64,000 bases of DNA from Tubulanus polymorphus (GCF_964204645.1 NC_134027.1:5240485-5304484), one strand, 5' to 3'. Shown: positions 14,201 to 27,889, numbered from the stretch's first letter. The notes: generated by a model not told the origin, from the sequence alone. Program-made: numbers and translations.

Positions 14201-17200
14201 CATTCATCTGAGATCGGTTTTTGTCGGTTGGTATTCGTCGGCGCCCACACGCGCGGTCTCCTTAATCTGTTGCAGCGCAAATAATCAATACAGGCAAAAA
14301 ACCCAAATCAAATTTCAACATTCCTGAATAAATTGTAGAAAATTAGATTAGGCACCAAAAGCTTCCGAAGAGCGGCCATATTGACATATCTTTTTAACCC
14401 CGCTCTGATGTTATATACTGCAAGTGAATCACTCCGTGTATAGTTCTCCTTCAATCAATAGCCAACTGATTCTTATGAAGAATCGTAATCAATGGATAAC
14501 ACGAGTGGACTTCAACTTGTATTTGCATCATAACCAGATCAAATAAACCAATTTGATTAGAGACTTTTTATAAACTTATATTTGAAAACCAGAATATTTT
14601 ATATAGAATTTGGTTAATATAAAAATATAAAACATACATTTTTGTGAACGCTGATATGATGAATTGGCCTTTCTATATAAACCGAGACTTCCATGTATTC
14701 ATTATCGGCTGGAATTGATTTAAGAATGTTGTTTTCATTTACTAAAAGGCAGCGCAATAACCGACTAGGTCTGGGTTGTTCTGATAACCAACCATGAAGC
14801 GACAACCATGGAAAATACAGACGTGCTTTCATCAAATGAGTCCTCTCATGAAAAGCTATTTATTCCCATAATGCGCTAGTCGATCGAAAGATGACGTCAC
14901 CATATAATGTAAAGATTACCTAGTTTATAACCCTACCCCAAATCATCTGATATGTGCCTGGCAATTCATAATTATTTTTCATTTTTTCACACTAAATCCC
15001 CGCCGGCTGGCGAGTATACTGAGAAATTACTATCGGGAATTTTAGCTTCTATCGATATGAAATAAGATATTCGTAGATGCGTATTCCTTGTTATAATTGA
15101 AATAAAACAGATACATTCTGAAAGAGTCGAAATAACTTGGGGGCTACGGATTGTAACCTACAAATATTTCAAGCAAACCTACGTAATTGTAATGAAAACA
15201 TACAAGGCTTTATACCTTGTTTCTCACTTCTACTGAGCTTAAAAAGTTGACCCTGTACATAACTATTCTAAGAACCATATATAATATAACCATAACAGAC
15301 ACTGCAGCTATAGAAATGAACTGATTTATTGCATTTTACAAAAGTGGCCCTGCCGATCAGGGAAAACAAGGTATTATTTTATTCTTGCCTAAGCATACGA
15401 ACGGAAATGATGTTCATCACAGAACCTTGTATGGAATATTGACCACCATTTTGTTAATTTTCGATTTTTTCCGGAAGCCGGTTACACGCTCAAACAAGAC
15501 GTGTCTGTACATACACTCCGGGGATCAAGTAATATCATATTCAAAATCAAGCAAACAGATGATTTCCTTTTCATTTTGCGTATCTTCTATTCAGCCTAAT
15601 GCAGACGCTGTTCGTTACCACGATCGATCATCATGATTCTTGACATGGTTTTTTCCCTTGGCCCCTTCACCCAATTAGAATGCTAAAAAGCTCATCAGCA
15701 TTGGAATTACCGTCGTTTCGCCGATCGTGGCCAGACTTGTGTCCCTCTTAAATTGGCTTACGGTTATTTTCAGCGAATGACGATTTATCTCAATAGATCG
15801 AATCAAGCATTCGTTACTATGAGTGTCGGCTGATGCTAGTAGTGCTGTTACCTTAATCAAAAACATTTGATTTAAAAAAGACAAGTAATATTTTTCATAA
15901 ATGATAAGGGGGCAATTAGTACGCACTATCAACTGATTTCACCGATTTACCTCTTTTGTCATTTTTTTCTGGACTGCGGCTGATTGTCGTTCTGACCCTT
16001 CTTAGTATTTATTTCTACTCTGATATTGATACTAATTATCGAATATAATTTCCCCGTCGAATTGACATTTTTGCGGGTTGCTAATCATTAGTCAGTTATC
16101 AGCAGCGCTGCTGTAGCGAACTACTGAAGTATCTTCTTACGATTATTTTATGACCCTACATAGGAAATAAATATAGACAGTTTGGTAATCCAGTGGCCGT
16201 GCACATGACGAGGCCACCTGAGATCAGATTTACTGTAGATTCTTGTCTCATATCGGTCAGTAACGTATCTGATCATGTAATAACAACACGGAAGTGTTCT
16301 TTCCCAATCTCGTGGCATTTGAAAATATCGTTCGAACTTCATTTCATGCGAGTCCTCCACTTTCTTTGTCGGGGCAACTTTAGTGTTGGGTAGAAAATGG
16401 AGGACAACTGTAAAACTGTAACAAAATCGGTAATACATGCACCTCGGTTTCTAATCTGTATTGTGCATATTTTCAGGACGCCATAACCCGGTGAAATCTT
16501 AAATTTATTTCAACCTAATGATTTTCACGTCGGTTTCCATATTCCTATCCTATAGATTTTCGATATGGTCTGTCATCTTAACATCTGTACTTGATCGACT
16601 ATCGAAGGAGCATTATGGAACAGTGATGTTCATATACACCAGGTCGTTGATACACTTCCGAAACTGCGAACACAAATATACCACGGTGGCTGATCCGTGA
16701 CATATCAATGTTTTTTCATCCTCCACGAAATCGCGCAAAAACAGGTCTTGCCGCACAAAAATGAATTTTACCGCGCATAAACAGATCTCAAGCGCTCAAA
16801 AACGCACGCTATATATCTGTTTTGCGCGTTCTCGTGAGTGATGAAAAAAATACTGATATATCCCGAATCAGCAACCATTGTATACAATACAAATAAACAT
16901 CAGGAACCACAACCCTCCCCATGTAATAATGCTCGCTACCCTTGCACTGAAGCTCGTGAAATAAGGTAATTCTACCATATTCAATTCCAAAAATCAGTTC
17001 CAGTTTGAAAATAACGAAAAAAAAACAAGATACGTGGATCCAGCATTTAGAAATGAACTTTACAAAAGTAACTTTGAAATTGATTTTCGATCGACTATCG
17101 GAAAAAGAATTATTCCATAAACACTCAATCATTCTTTTTCTATTTACCAACGGATAGAGCGCTTTGCGTTGTTTGATGTGATTGATTCGCCATCAAGTTC

Positions 17201-20200
17201 AATTGCTCGTGTGTATTGTTCACCCTAAGGCTAATATGAACTGCGGAGACTTCGAGGAAGCCAGAAAACCCGAGATCAAAAGCTACGATCACTAACCCAA
17301 TATAACAACGGATAATCTCTCATCGATCAACAACCGCACAGCCTGTCACAACCAGTGAAATGTGTTTTCGCAAACGTGATAGTTATTGAAATTAAGTTGT
17401 CAGTAACTGTAGACTAAATTTCACTAGATCTCTCCATACGTTCGCTTGCTGGCTAATTCTATATGGTTTCTGACTCCTGACAGGATATTTTGCATCCGTT
17501 TTTTACCAGAAACGATGATGTCGGGTATTGAATAATCTATTCAGATTCCATATAACAGCCATTCACTTTATACACGCCTATCTCTGGTGAACATTGGATC
17601 AACTTAGGAAATCATTGAAGAGCGGCCTTATCCCATATAATCACTTTTATCAAATGTTACTCAAGGGATTGTTATTTCCATTAAGTCATATACAGCACTC
17701 AATGTCTCATCCCATTCCATATAAATCCATCAGCTACTATGGTCGAAATATATTCAATACTGCAGTATTACGTAGATGACCGATTGTAGTTCCTAAGGCG
17801 ATCATAATTCAGCCTTTTTCGGTCATTTCTATCTCTACTTCAGTTACGAGCCGCAGAAAATTTCAAGTTTCATATCAACAATCGATCGATTTTCATTTAA
17901 ATGAAAGGGTAATCTTATCTCCGCACTGCCGCAACAAACCGAATATGCCTTGGGTATCCGCAATCGCGTCGTTATATTTCTTGTTCAACGCCAAGTTTAA
18001 TTCAGTCTATACAATATTCAATAGCATCATGATGTAAGTCTGGTTCCTTGACTTTCAATCCGAAATAGCCCCCAAGGGAGCTTTGTCAGTTTAAATTGGC
18101 TGAATTATTCAAATCTTACTCCGAATGTTTGACCTCAGGCGGGTTTCAGATTTGCAGAACGTAATGAAATTCATCGCTTTTCACGACGAATCCAAGGTTT
18201 CTTACGTGGCAAACATGAAGTATCTAAACAGTACTTTCTGTGACAGATTTCTGTGATTAGTGACTGTACAATTTGAACTTACATTTCAAGCCCACTTCTG
18301 AATTTATCACAAGAGGTCACAGGTGCGTCATGTAAATTGCCGATGGCCACGTGTAATAAGATTCGCACTGAGCTGCTGCAATCGTGTTTGTAGCTCGGGT
18401 AAACATGACAATGATTCATGGTCATATTCACAGCCATGACGACAAATCATTTGATAGATTGCCCGTACCGGTTCCTGTAACGTCATTTAGTATCAATATA
18501 ACAGTCATCACCAGACTTGATGAAGCTATCAGCCATGTATGATCATATTCTTACGCGCAGTTTACTGGATTATAGATACTAGAAGCCCATTTTTCTACTT
18601 TAGGAGCAGCTGCGATCCACCATCAGAACCAGACTCTTGTTACTAACAATATTATATGATCAATTTGTCAGCTTGAATGTGTACTACAACGTTCCATCCG
18701 AAGATTTATCTACATCTTCCTTGGCTCGTCTCTAACACATTCTGAATTACTCGTTTCTGTATACGCATCATAAAGTATCTAAATTGATCGCTCTCTGGTT
18801 TCAATCAACAAGTCCACCAGTCAATAATACCCAACACTATCGATCATTTATCTATGAATTATCCATAATTCAGAATTGCGCTAATCGCGTTTTAGCGAAA
18901 TAAACATTCAATAAAAATCTATTGAAAGTTGGTTTTTTTAATGGTTTTTTTACGACTGGGCGGCGTGTCCGGTTTTGTAGAGTTCCGGGGTATTTCATTA
19001 GGGATAACCGTCTTGTCTTGCAGGTGAATGGCCCAGATGGTGTTTATTTAGAACCAGGATCTCAAAAACTGACAATCCAAGTAGAATGGTTGGATTCACA
19101 TCTTCTTCTTTACGACGGCTACCATCCGTTTGACGACATTAGTAGACTTCATAAACACCAGATGAGGTAACGTAACATAATGAACCAGGGGCGGATCCAG
19201 ACCGTATTAGCCGTATTGCCCAATACGGTCTAGAATTTTTAAGTGCCCTTCGAAATTTCACCGGCAATATTTTTGACGGCATTATTTCAGCAACCGCTAA
19301 TTCCGTGTCCGTAATCCGGGCATAATTATAAAATTAATCGGTTAGTATATACTGCTGCCGAGAAAGTGAGGAGAGATAATCATATTTGTAAAGCCTTAAA
19401 TCATGATAAATTAAAAAGGGCACTTTCCTTTTGCAAGGGGCACTCATGCTTTAGATGAGGGCACCTTGTCCTTCCTTGCCTTTTCAGGGAGGGCTAAAGG
19501 GGCACTCGTACTTTAGAAGAGGGCACTATACGCGGAAAATGTTGAAGAAAAGGGCACTTTTTTGCCTAATTTTTAAAATTTTAGGGGCACTTTTGGTTTG
19601 GAAGATGGCACACGACATAAGGATAAATGTGAAGACGAGGCAATTTTTGCCGATTGTTAACAATGAAGGGGCACTTAGCCGTATTCTGTATAATTGTTAA
19701 GGGGCACTTTTAAAGATTATAGGGGCACTAGGCGAAGTTGACGACAACCATTCTTTCATGGGTTCGCCAGCTTCATTTTTTATCCGCATGTGTTGAAATC
19801 TTGTCTCGAATTCGTTTATTCTGGATTGCTCTGCTAGCCTCTAGACGCCCTCTAAAAGCCTTTAAATGGTACCATATTTTCAAAATTTTCTGGGGGTGGG
19901 CCCCCAGACCCCCCTCTAAGGACTTTGCGCCTTCGGCGCTCGCATTGACCTGGATACTGGGTGTGCCCTTAGATCAGAAAGGTGCCCTTAAATTTCCTTC
20001 CAATACTGTCTACCCATCCCCCTGGATCCGCCCCTGTGAACATCATTTATGGTTGAACATCTCAGAATGAAAAATACTTATTGAGCCTTTTTTTATGAAT
20101 GAATTAAGTTTAGTTGAGCATAGTTAAGCATTCATTCAACAAATGCGATGATTTAAAATATTTTGACAGGGAAACATTCACTTTCTGAAGTGACGTACCA

Positions 20201-20357
20201 TTTTATATCTTTTTTTCTAAATTGTAGACGTGAGATAATGGCCTTGCAAGCAGAAAACTATGCACTAGAGAAACAAGTATATAGTTATCAGCAATCAATC
20301 GCGAAGAAAGACTCTAAATCCCGTTATCCCGAGGACCATTTAGCGCTGAAAGATTGA
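8286..20357 (+). CDS. Uncharacterised tandem MATH/TRAF-like domain protein with C-terminal coiled coil (3 coding exons: 8286 or 8328-9455, 19024-19166, 20228-20357; about 466-480 aa)
   Basis: Long ORF with repeated MATH-type motifs (YSRDFMYGYQKWVICF...VGTFLSL...YAFTILN; FETSYFAFGGFDWGLSIFPNG; LYDRDKQAWQL). Donor GAG|gtaagg at 9455 (phase 0) joins acceptor ttgcag|GTG at 19024. Donor AG|gtaacg at 19166 (phase 2) joins ttgtag|A at 20228, reading REIMALQAENYALEKQVYSYQQSI (heptad-like) to TGA at 20357. The start codon is uncertain. Confidence 0.8.
11868..11963. repeat. Two-copy tandem duplication of about 45 bp
   Basis: aaatgaacggatggccatcatct..gta.agcctatcaaattgggtaaaa occurs twice head-to-tail. 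Confidence 0.85.
13319..13485. repeat. Perfect inverted repeat with 80-bp arms and a 7-bp spacer
   Basis: 13319-13398 (taataagataaaatcccactatttacag...aaatatttaa) is the reverse complement of 13406-13485; the loop is gtgtctt. Confidence 0.92.
19186..20036. mobile_element. Non-autonomous DNA transposon (about 850 bp) with 15-bp TIRs and a 5-bp TSD, in intron 2 of the MATH gene
   Basis: Left TIR caggggcggatccag and right TIR ctggatccgcccctg, flanked on both sides by TGAAC (19181-19185 and 20037-20041). Many internal GGGCAC(T)/GTGCCC motifs; no transposase ORF. Confidence 0.85.
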
Positions 20358-21466
20358 CAACGAACAAAAACAGATCACCGAGGCGAGAACTACCAACATC
20401 AGCGACAAGGAAACGAGACCACACCGCACATATAGCGAACAACTCAAATGATAGCAAGAACTAATTTTGGGAATATATCGAAATGCGAGTTGGTATTGTA
20501 TTAGCTTAAATGCTCAAGAAGGTTGAAAAGGGTAATTCGAGTAATCTTATTTTTTGCATCTATTGGGAAAGGGAAAAAGTCTGGTTCCTCAGAGATGATT
20601 TAATCATGCGGGGAGATGTTATTTCGGTTCCCGCCAGTGAGGAATTAAAAAAGCCCCTGCATGCTCCATGTGTTGAATAAAGCGTTAATTCAATTCATTC
20701 ATGTCAGAGTTTATGTTGTAGGGCCCTTCTTTGGCAGCAAAAATTAATTACGTACTGTCTTAAATGTTTTCATATAGGACCGTTATGTATGTGTTGATAG
20801 AAAATAATATTATATTTTAGAGTAATCACTCCTAGTGATAACGAAGGTAGGCGCACCTTAAAGTTATAACAACCTTTGTACGGGCGTGGATCGCTATCGA
20901 AAAGTCGTTCAAGTTTTATCTTAGTCTTTGTGAAAAGTGGATCCCTACGTGTACTTTCATTTCCCTAAATCAGATCAGTTTTCCCATTGCATTTAATATA
21001 TGATAACGTTTATCAAGGCATGTCTTCGATTCCTTGCGTCGGGAATTTTTCCAATAGACATATCATAATGTCTGATATATCACATGTTCGTCTAAGCTTT
21101 AGGAGACCAGTTCGTAAACCCTCATCGCATCGATATCGTTGTCGCTCAGTGATCTGTTTGGAGAAAGACAATTCAGTTTTTAGATCAATATATATCAAAT
21201 CTTTTTTATAATGATTAGCTTTTTAGTATTAATGTTAATTCGTGTTATTGAACCATTCTAGTGTCGTTTTACCTTGCAAAGGTACAAACACTATTTCTCT
21301 GCGTTCATGATTTACCGTTGTTTAATTAAAATACCGGCGAAGTATGCATGGATTAGATATCATATCGTTGTTTACACGTAGAATGAAATTGTAAAACTCA
21401 TCATTTTCTAAATTTCTTGGTGTATTGCAATCTGTCAACGTCCAGTTACGAATCTTGTGTAGTACA

Positions 21467-21543
21467 TCGGCATGGGATTCGAACCCGACTGCATCGCGAT
21501 GCTAGGTAGTCTTGCGATGGCTTCGGGTTCGAATACTCGCCGA
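21467..21543. repeat. Imperfect hairpin with opposed tRNA T-arm/B-box-like motifs; second copy at about 25635-25702
   Basis: ggcatgggattcgaacccga..catcgcga pairs with ttgcgatg..tcgggttcgaatactcgcc. Confidence 0.65.
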
Positions 21544-21953
21544 GGGAGGAAATAGATTGGTTGAACCAGATGATCTTAAAAATGGCAAAAGGCAGATAAT
21601 ACTGCCGCGAATATGTCATACTCAGGCTCCAACGAGCTGTGCATGAAGGTGATGCAATATTTTCAATCGACAAACAAATACACAATGTTAAACTACGTTT
21701 CGATTATTGTGATCTCTAAAAACACAGGCACTTTACTACAATTTAAGAAGCACATACATGTTGATATCTTGTAGAATGTTTTTATTAAGTCAATTTAATG
21801 CGATATTTTTATTTATATACATGTAATATAATTGTGTGTAATTTTATCTCGTTATTCAAACTTTTTAACTTAAAATAAATATAGCAATAAACATAGGCGT
21901 CATTTGTTTTATATCTTATCCATCGCATGAAAGACCTAAACAAGATTATAAGG

Positions 21954-24900
21954 TCAAGTTGTTTGAAGGTCACTGGACGCCACCGCGTCATTATTTTGGG
22001 CCTTTTGATCAGACGGTACTGGCGCATCAACCGTTTCTTTGTTGTTTGGGATTTTCCAACCGCCACAAGTCGTAATTATGATAGTTGACAAAAGACCCTG
22101 CAAATAAGGACATTCTCATAATTACCGATTCCAAATAAAAGATTGGCTATATTCAAATATAGAATCGATATGGAAACCAGATGGGTTTTATTACTTGTCC
22201 ATGAACTAGTATACCCAATATTGTCTTCACACGGACGACTAGATACCAACAGGTTTGAATCTTGTCGAGAAGATACAAATACTTACGAAACATATCAGAG
22301 ACAGTCCTACGATAGTGCATGACCAGGGGAAACCAATGGCATCAGTCATATAACCTCCTAGAAGTGGGCCAATTATATAACTGGAACAAGTAAAAACTGG
22401 TTTATGAACCACTTCTAGGTGTGTTTCATATATGTTGACGATTTTGAGTCACGTTTAGACTGAAATAGCTTTGATTCAAAAAGACATGTAGATTTATTGA
22501 TGATATTGTTACTGACAGTAATAATGGGACAGTCGTTTGATTTCGTAATTTTCATATATTCTTACCCAGCAGAGTCAGCGATAAGGAACAACGACGCTAT
22601 TAAACCGTTGAGATTTATATCATCGGCATATTTAAGTTTTTCCCTACAAATTGATATAGTATGTGTGAATTGATACGATACCAGTGTTTCAATGTTGAAA
22701 TGGAATATTTGTACGCACGTTGCATACGCCTTAATGATGCCAGGCACTGGAACTGTACCAAATATTAAACTAGCACCAACTAAAGAAAAACCTAATATAG
22801 GCAACCATATCTGATGTCTGAAATGTAGATAAACATAAGCATATTACATACTGATAACGTCCAACGAATTCCTATGAAAGAGGCCATCCATCGAGATTCG
22901 AATCACGATGAAGCTAAGAGGGGAATCCACAAACCCCGGTGTTATCCCGAACAGTGGTGTTTCACCGATTTGCATCGTTGATAATCCTGTCAGACACAAA
23001 CCAATTACCATAAACGGCTTTCCCAAATCCTAAAAATAGAAAATCATCAATATTCTTATATTCTAAAAACCACATCAATATGTATAAGATATGGTAATCC
23101 GTCTAATTACCTTTCTACGCTATGAAAAGAAAATGTATTTTCTGTAAATAGTTACTTACCACTTTATCTATAAGTAAACCAACAGGAATACTAACGATGA
23201 TGTATATTAAAATTGATACCAGGTAAATAAGTCCAATCATAGTTGGTGAAAGGTGATAGTACTGAAATATATTGAGATGGCATTATTCGAAATACCTTAG
23301 AACCAGAAGTTGTGGATCGAACTAATTACGACGATCAAAAAAAGGAATAAACGTGAAGAAAAATACATCCACCATGATTTGATTCGATGAGAATAACGCA
23401 TTATTACCCGCTTCAGGTACACAGCTACTGTTGGTTCTACAAATCCGAAAAATAGGCCGTGGGCCACGACCACCATCGTCGTAAGAACGACAGGACAACA
23501 CGTCATGAGTTTAAAAAATTCTAATGGTGGATATGGTGATTTTTTTACATCGGCTGAAAATTAGAGCAATTTAGTGATTACTCGGGTAAAATGAAAGATG
23601 CCGCAGTCGAAACTATCATCGAGTTCATGTTGCAGCTTAGAAAGTGATTTGACGGGAAATGAGCTATACTACCGAAACAAACACGATTAGATCGACGATC
23701 AACGTACACATAGATGGCATGACGATGAGAGATACTAGAAAAAACAGCATGCTGATGCTTCCCAGTACGAGAAACGGCAATTCAAATCCAGATACCTATA
23801 GAAATACACCAAAATGTATATCAATTGAATATTGTAAAAGTAGCGAAACACAATATTCCATTCGTTTTGAAACTGAACTTACATCATAGAGTGCTCCGGC
23901 TATGAGTGGTCCTAACATACTACCAAAACTAATAACCGTCTCAGTAATAGCCTGAAAACAATGTTCTTTTCTTCAACTTTTGAACTATAATTCAGAAGTG
24001 CTATCTGTGTAAACAGTAATGTGCTAAACTCTGATAATTGAAATAACTTTGTCATCAATACTGATTTTAAAAATGGCTTACGGGTTGAATGAAAAATTAT
24101 CTGATACCGTCGATATCTATTCATCATACGAAATAGAAATATGAGAGCATTATTTTTTTCATAAGTAAGGGACGATGTAAGGGACGATGTCAATAAGGGT
24201 ATCTATGTCAAATGAGTTGTTTTTAGAAGAATTCCATGTATTTTTAAGTCAATGTAACAATGGGCGTACGTGGTTTTTAACACAATATGGTGTAATATAT
24301 TATAATAGAAATAGTAAAAAAGGGAACTTACAACAACTGTGTTGATTTGTTCAGAAAATAACGTGACGATCACGGTCGCTCCAGTCGCAGTGGTTAAACC
24401 AACTCCCAGTGCCATAGTTATCCGTAGAACTATGCTCAATGATGTAAAGACTACATTGGACCGCGAATATATCACAAACCTTCAAAAAGAGAGGGGTTTG
24501 ACCTATCTTATACGTCCAGCATCAAAATTCGGGAGAGCATCCCCGATTCCACCCGCCCCTTGCATTTAAGGATGTAAAAATAAAAAAATAAAATCATATC
24601 ATATTCTCCATTGAAAAATACTCTGGTACATGCAAGCGGTTCTGATATCATACCCGAATGCTACAACGGATATAGAATTGATAAATGCTCCACCACAAAA
24701 CATCAACTTAACCCCTACACGAGTCATCTAAAACAGATTTTAAGAAAATATTCATGAATTATTTTACGATTTAAAAATATAAAACCTAACTATTATGCCT
24801 CAAAATACTCACATAAACGCCGGCAAAATAGGACGAAAATAGTTGTGAAATTGGAAATACGGCAATAATCCAGCCAATCGTACCATGCGATAAACCTCTC

Positions 24901-25268
24901 TTGATGGCCTGTGAAATTCAATATCGATATGATTAATTGAAGAATTCTCCGTAAATATGTTATCCACAAGTTCATTAAACGGCATTCGAAAATACCTCAT
25001 TCGGATAAAATGGCACCAGGGCAAAGAAGGACATCCATTCCAAAAGATTCATCGTATTCATTACTCCTAATAAAATGTACTTGTTTCTGGTGTTTATCTT
25101 ACTGCCCGTATTTCCATCTTTTTCTCCTGCTGTATTTTCTGTGGTGTTCTCTGAATTTTTGTCAACATCAAGATTTTCAATTTTACTTCCGTAATCTCGA
25201 TTCGTATCGGAATTATTAGCGTTAGTGACTAAAGGTAATGATTCTTTCCTGGGAATATCTGAAGTCAT
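21954..25268 (-). CDS. MFS-type transporter, SLC18B1-like (multi-exon)
   Basis: Spliced minus-strand exons read MTSDIPRKESLPL...MSFFALVPFYPNE | AIKRGLSHGTIGWIIAVFPISQLFSSYFAGVY | MTRVGVKLMFCGG... | ...LSIVLRITMALG... | AITETVISFGSMLGPLIAGALYD | VSGFELPFLVLG... and later exons with FVEPT and GPLLGGYMTDAIGFPWS. These are typical SLC18B1-family MFS motifs. Stop TGA at 21956-21954. Confidence 0.82.
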
Positions 25269-26800
25269 ATTATTCACACAAACTTTTATTCTGGAAATGC
25301 ACGTTAGACTGCGCTATATGCCATATGGGAGAATGCAAAGTTTACTATGAAATGACAGGTGCGCGGCAAAGATTATGGTATTCAGTCAGTGGTATCCACC
25401 TGTCGCAACGTAAAAGTTAATGCATAATTGTATGTAAAAACATGCGGTTTAGATAATGCTATAAATAGGGTGGACGGAAATCGTAAAGAATAATTGATAT
25501 ATATGTAACATGAATTAGTAATCGTATCGTTGTTTATACTTAGAGTGAAATTGTAAAACTCGTTTTTTCCTAATTTCCCTGGTGTATTTTAATCTGTCAA
25601 CGTCCAGTTTTGGTAAATCGGCATCCTCCCAGCTGGGATTCGAACCCGACTGCATCGCGACAAGGCAGTCTCGCGATGGCCATCGGGTTCGAATACTTGC
25701 CAATGGATATAGATTGGTAGACAGGCACTTCACAATTTAAGATGCACAAACGTGTTGATATCTTATAGAATGTTTTTATTAAATGAATTTAATGCGATAC
25801 TTTTACTTATATACATGTAATATAATTGTGTGTAATTTTATCCCGTTATACACTTAAAATAAATATAGCAATAAACAAAGGCTTCATTTGTTTTATATTT
25901 CATCCATCGATTGAAAGACCTAAACAAGATTAACGAAGTCACGTTTTTTGAAGGTCGCTGGACGCCACAACGTCATTATTTTGGACCTTTTGATCAGACG
26001 GTAACTGGCGCATCAACCGTTTCTTTTCTGTCCGGGATTTTCCAACTGCCAAAAGCCGTAATTATGATTGTCGACATAAGGCATAAGGACCAGTGATGTT
26101 ATCAAACCGTTGAGGTTTATATCATCAGGATATCTAAGTTTTTCCCTACAAATTAGAAAAATGATTGTGAATTAATTCGATACCGGAGCTTTCAATGTTG
26201 AAACGGAGTGTTTGTACGCACCTTGCATACGCCTTAATGATGCCAGGCACTGGAACTGTAAAATCAAACTAGCACCAGCTAGTGAAAAACCTTATATAGG
26301 CAACCATATCAAATGTCTGAAATGTAAATAATCATGAGTATGTTACATACTGATAACCCCCACGAATTCCTATGATAGAGATCATCCATTAAGATTCGAA
26401 TCACGATGAAGCTAAGAGGGGAATCCACAAACCCCGGTGTTATCCCGAACAGTGGTGTTTCACCGAGTTGCATCGTTGATAATCCTGTCAGACACAAACC
26501 AATTACCATAAACAGCTTTCCCAAATCCTAAACATAGAAAATCATCAATATTCTAATAGTCGAAAAACCCCATTAAGTTGTGTAAGATATGGTAATCCGT
26601 CTTATTACTTTTCTACGTACGTTGTGTAAAGAAAATGTATTTTCTGTAATTAGTTACTTACCACTTATCTATAAGAAAACCAACAGGAATACTAACGATG
26701 ATATATATTAAGATTGATACCAGGTAAATAAGACCATTCATAGTTGGTGAAAGGTGATAGTACTGAAATATATTGAGATGGCATTATTCGAAATACCTTA

Positions 26801-26872
26801 AGGCGGGCGTAGGTCGGACGACAGCTTGCGAGTCACTACGACTCGCAACGACCCACCGACCTACGCCCGGCT
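26801..26872. mobile_element. 72-bp MITE with TTA target-site duplication (PIF/Harbinger-type by TSD)
   Basis: TIRs aggcgggcgtaggtcgg / ccgacctacgcccggct (1 mismatch), with TTA on both sides. The paralogous site in the intact copy (about 23291-23305, aataccTTAgaacc) is empty. Confidence 0.9.
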
Positions 26873-27889
26873 TTAGAACCGGTTGTTAAGGATCGAAATA
26901 TCAAACAAGAAACGACCATCAGAAAAAGGGATCAATGCGAGGAAAAAAATACATCCACCATAATTTCATTCGATGAGAATAATTCAATAATCACCCGCTT
27001 CAGGTACACAGCTACTGTTGGTTCTGTAAATCCGAAAAATAGGCCGTGTGCCACGACCACCATCGTCGTAAGAACGACAGGACAACACGTCATGAGTTTA
27101 AAACATTCTAATGGTGGATATGGTGATTGTTTACATCGGCTGAAATGGTACTATCCGGGTAAAATAAAACATGCTGCAGTCGATGCTATATCGAGTTCAT
27201 GTTATGGCTTAGAACGTGATTTGACGGGAAATGAGCTATACTACCGAAACAAACACGATTAGATCAACGATCAACGTACACATAGATGGCATGACTTTGA
27301 GAGATACTATAAAAAACAGCATGCCAATGCTTCCCAGTACGAGAAACGGCAATTCAAATCCACATACCTAAAGAAATACACCAAAATGTATATTAGAAAA
27401 GTAGCGAAACACACACAATGTTCCATTCGCTTTGAAACTGAACTTGAGTGCTCCGGCTACGAGTGGTCCTAACATACTACCAAAACTATCAACCGCCTCA
27501 GTAACAGCCTGGAAAATAATCGTTTTGGATATACTGAATCGTTCATACGATACGAATAGATTTCTAAATTTCTATTTCTATCCGTTTTTCATTCTGCGAT
27601 ATGGCATACGTTAATGTTATTTTCTTCGATTGTATGACTGTAATGTAGAAGTGCTATATCTATGTGAACTGTAACTCTGATTACTGAGATAACTCCGTCA
27701 TCTAAACTACTTATGAAAAAGCTTCCCGATTGAATGATAATACAATATTCATCGAACGATATAGAAATATAAAGGCATCGTTTATTCATAAGTACGAGAC
27801 AATGTCAATAAGGATATCTATGTCAAATGAGCTGTTGTTAGAGAATTCCATTGATTTTTAAGCCAATGCAGCAATCGACGTACGTGGTT

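Noticed and set aside
19455-20070. ORFs inside the TIR element as a transposase
   Set aside because: Short, with no DDE or zinc-finger motifs; they arise from GGGCAC repeats in a non-autonomous element.
21467-21543. tRNA gene suggested by GGTTCGAAT motifs
   Set aside because: No D-arm, anticodon arm or acceptor stem can be built; the motif is part of an inverted repeat.
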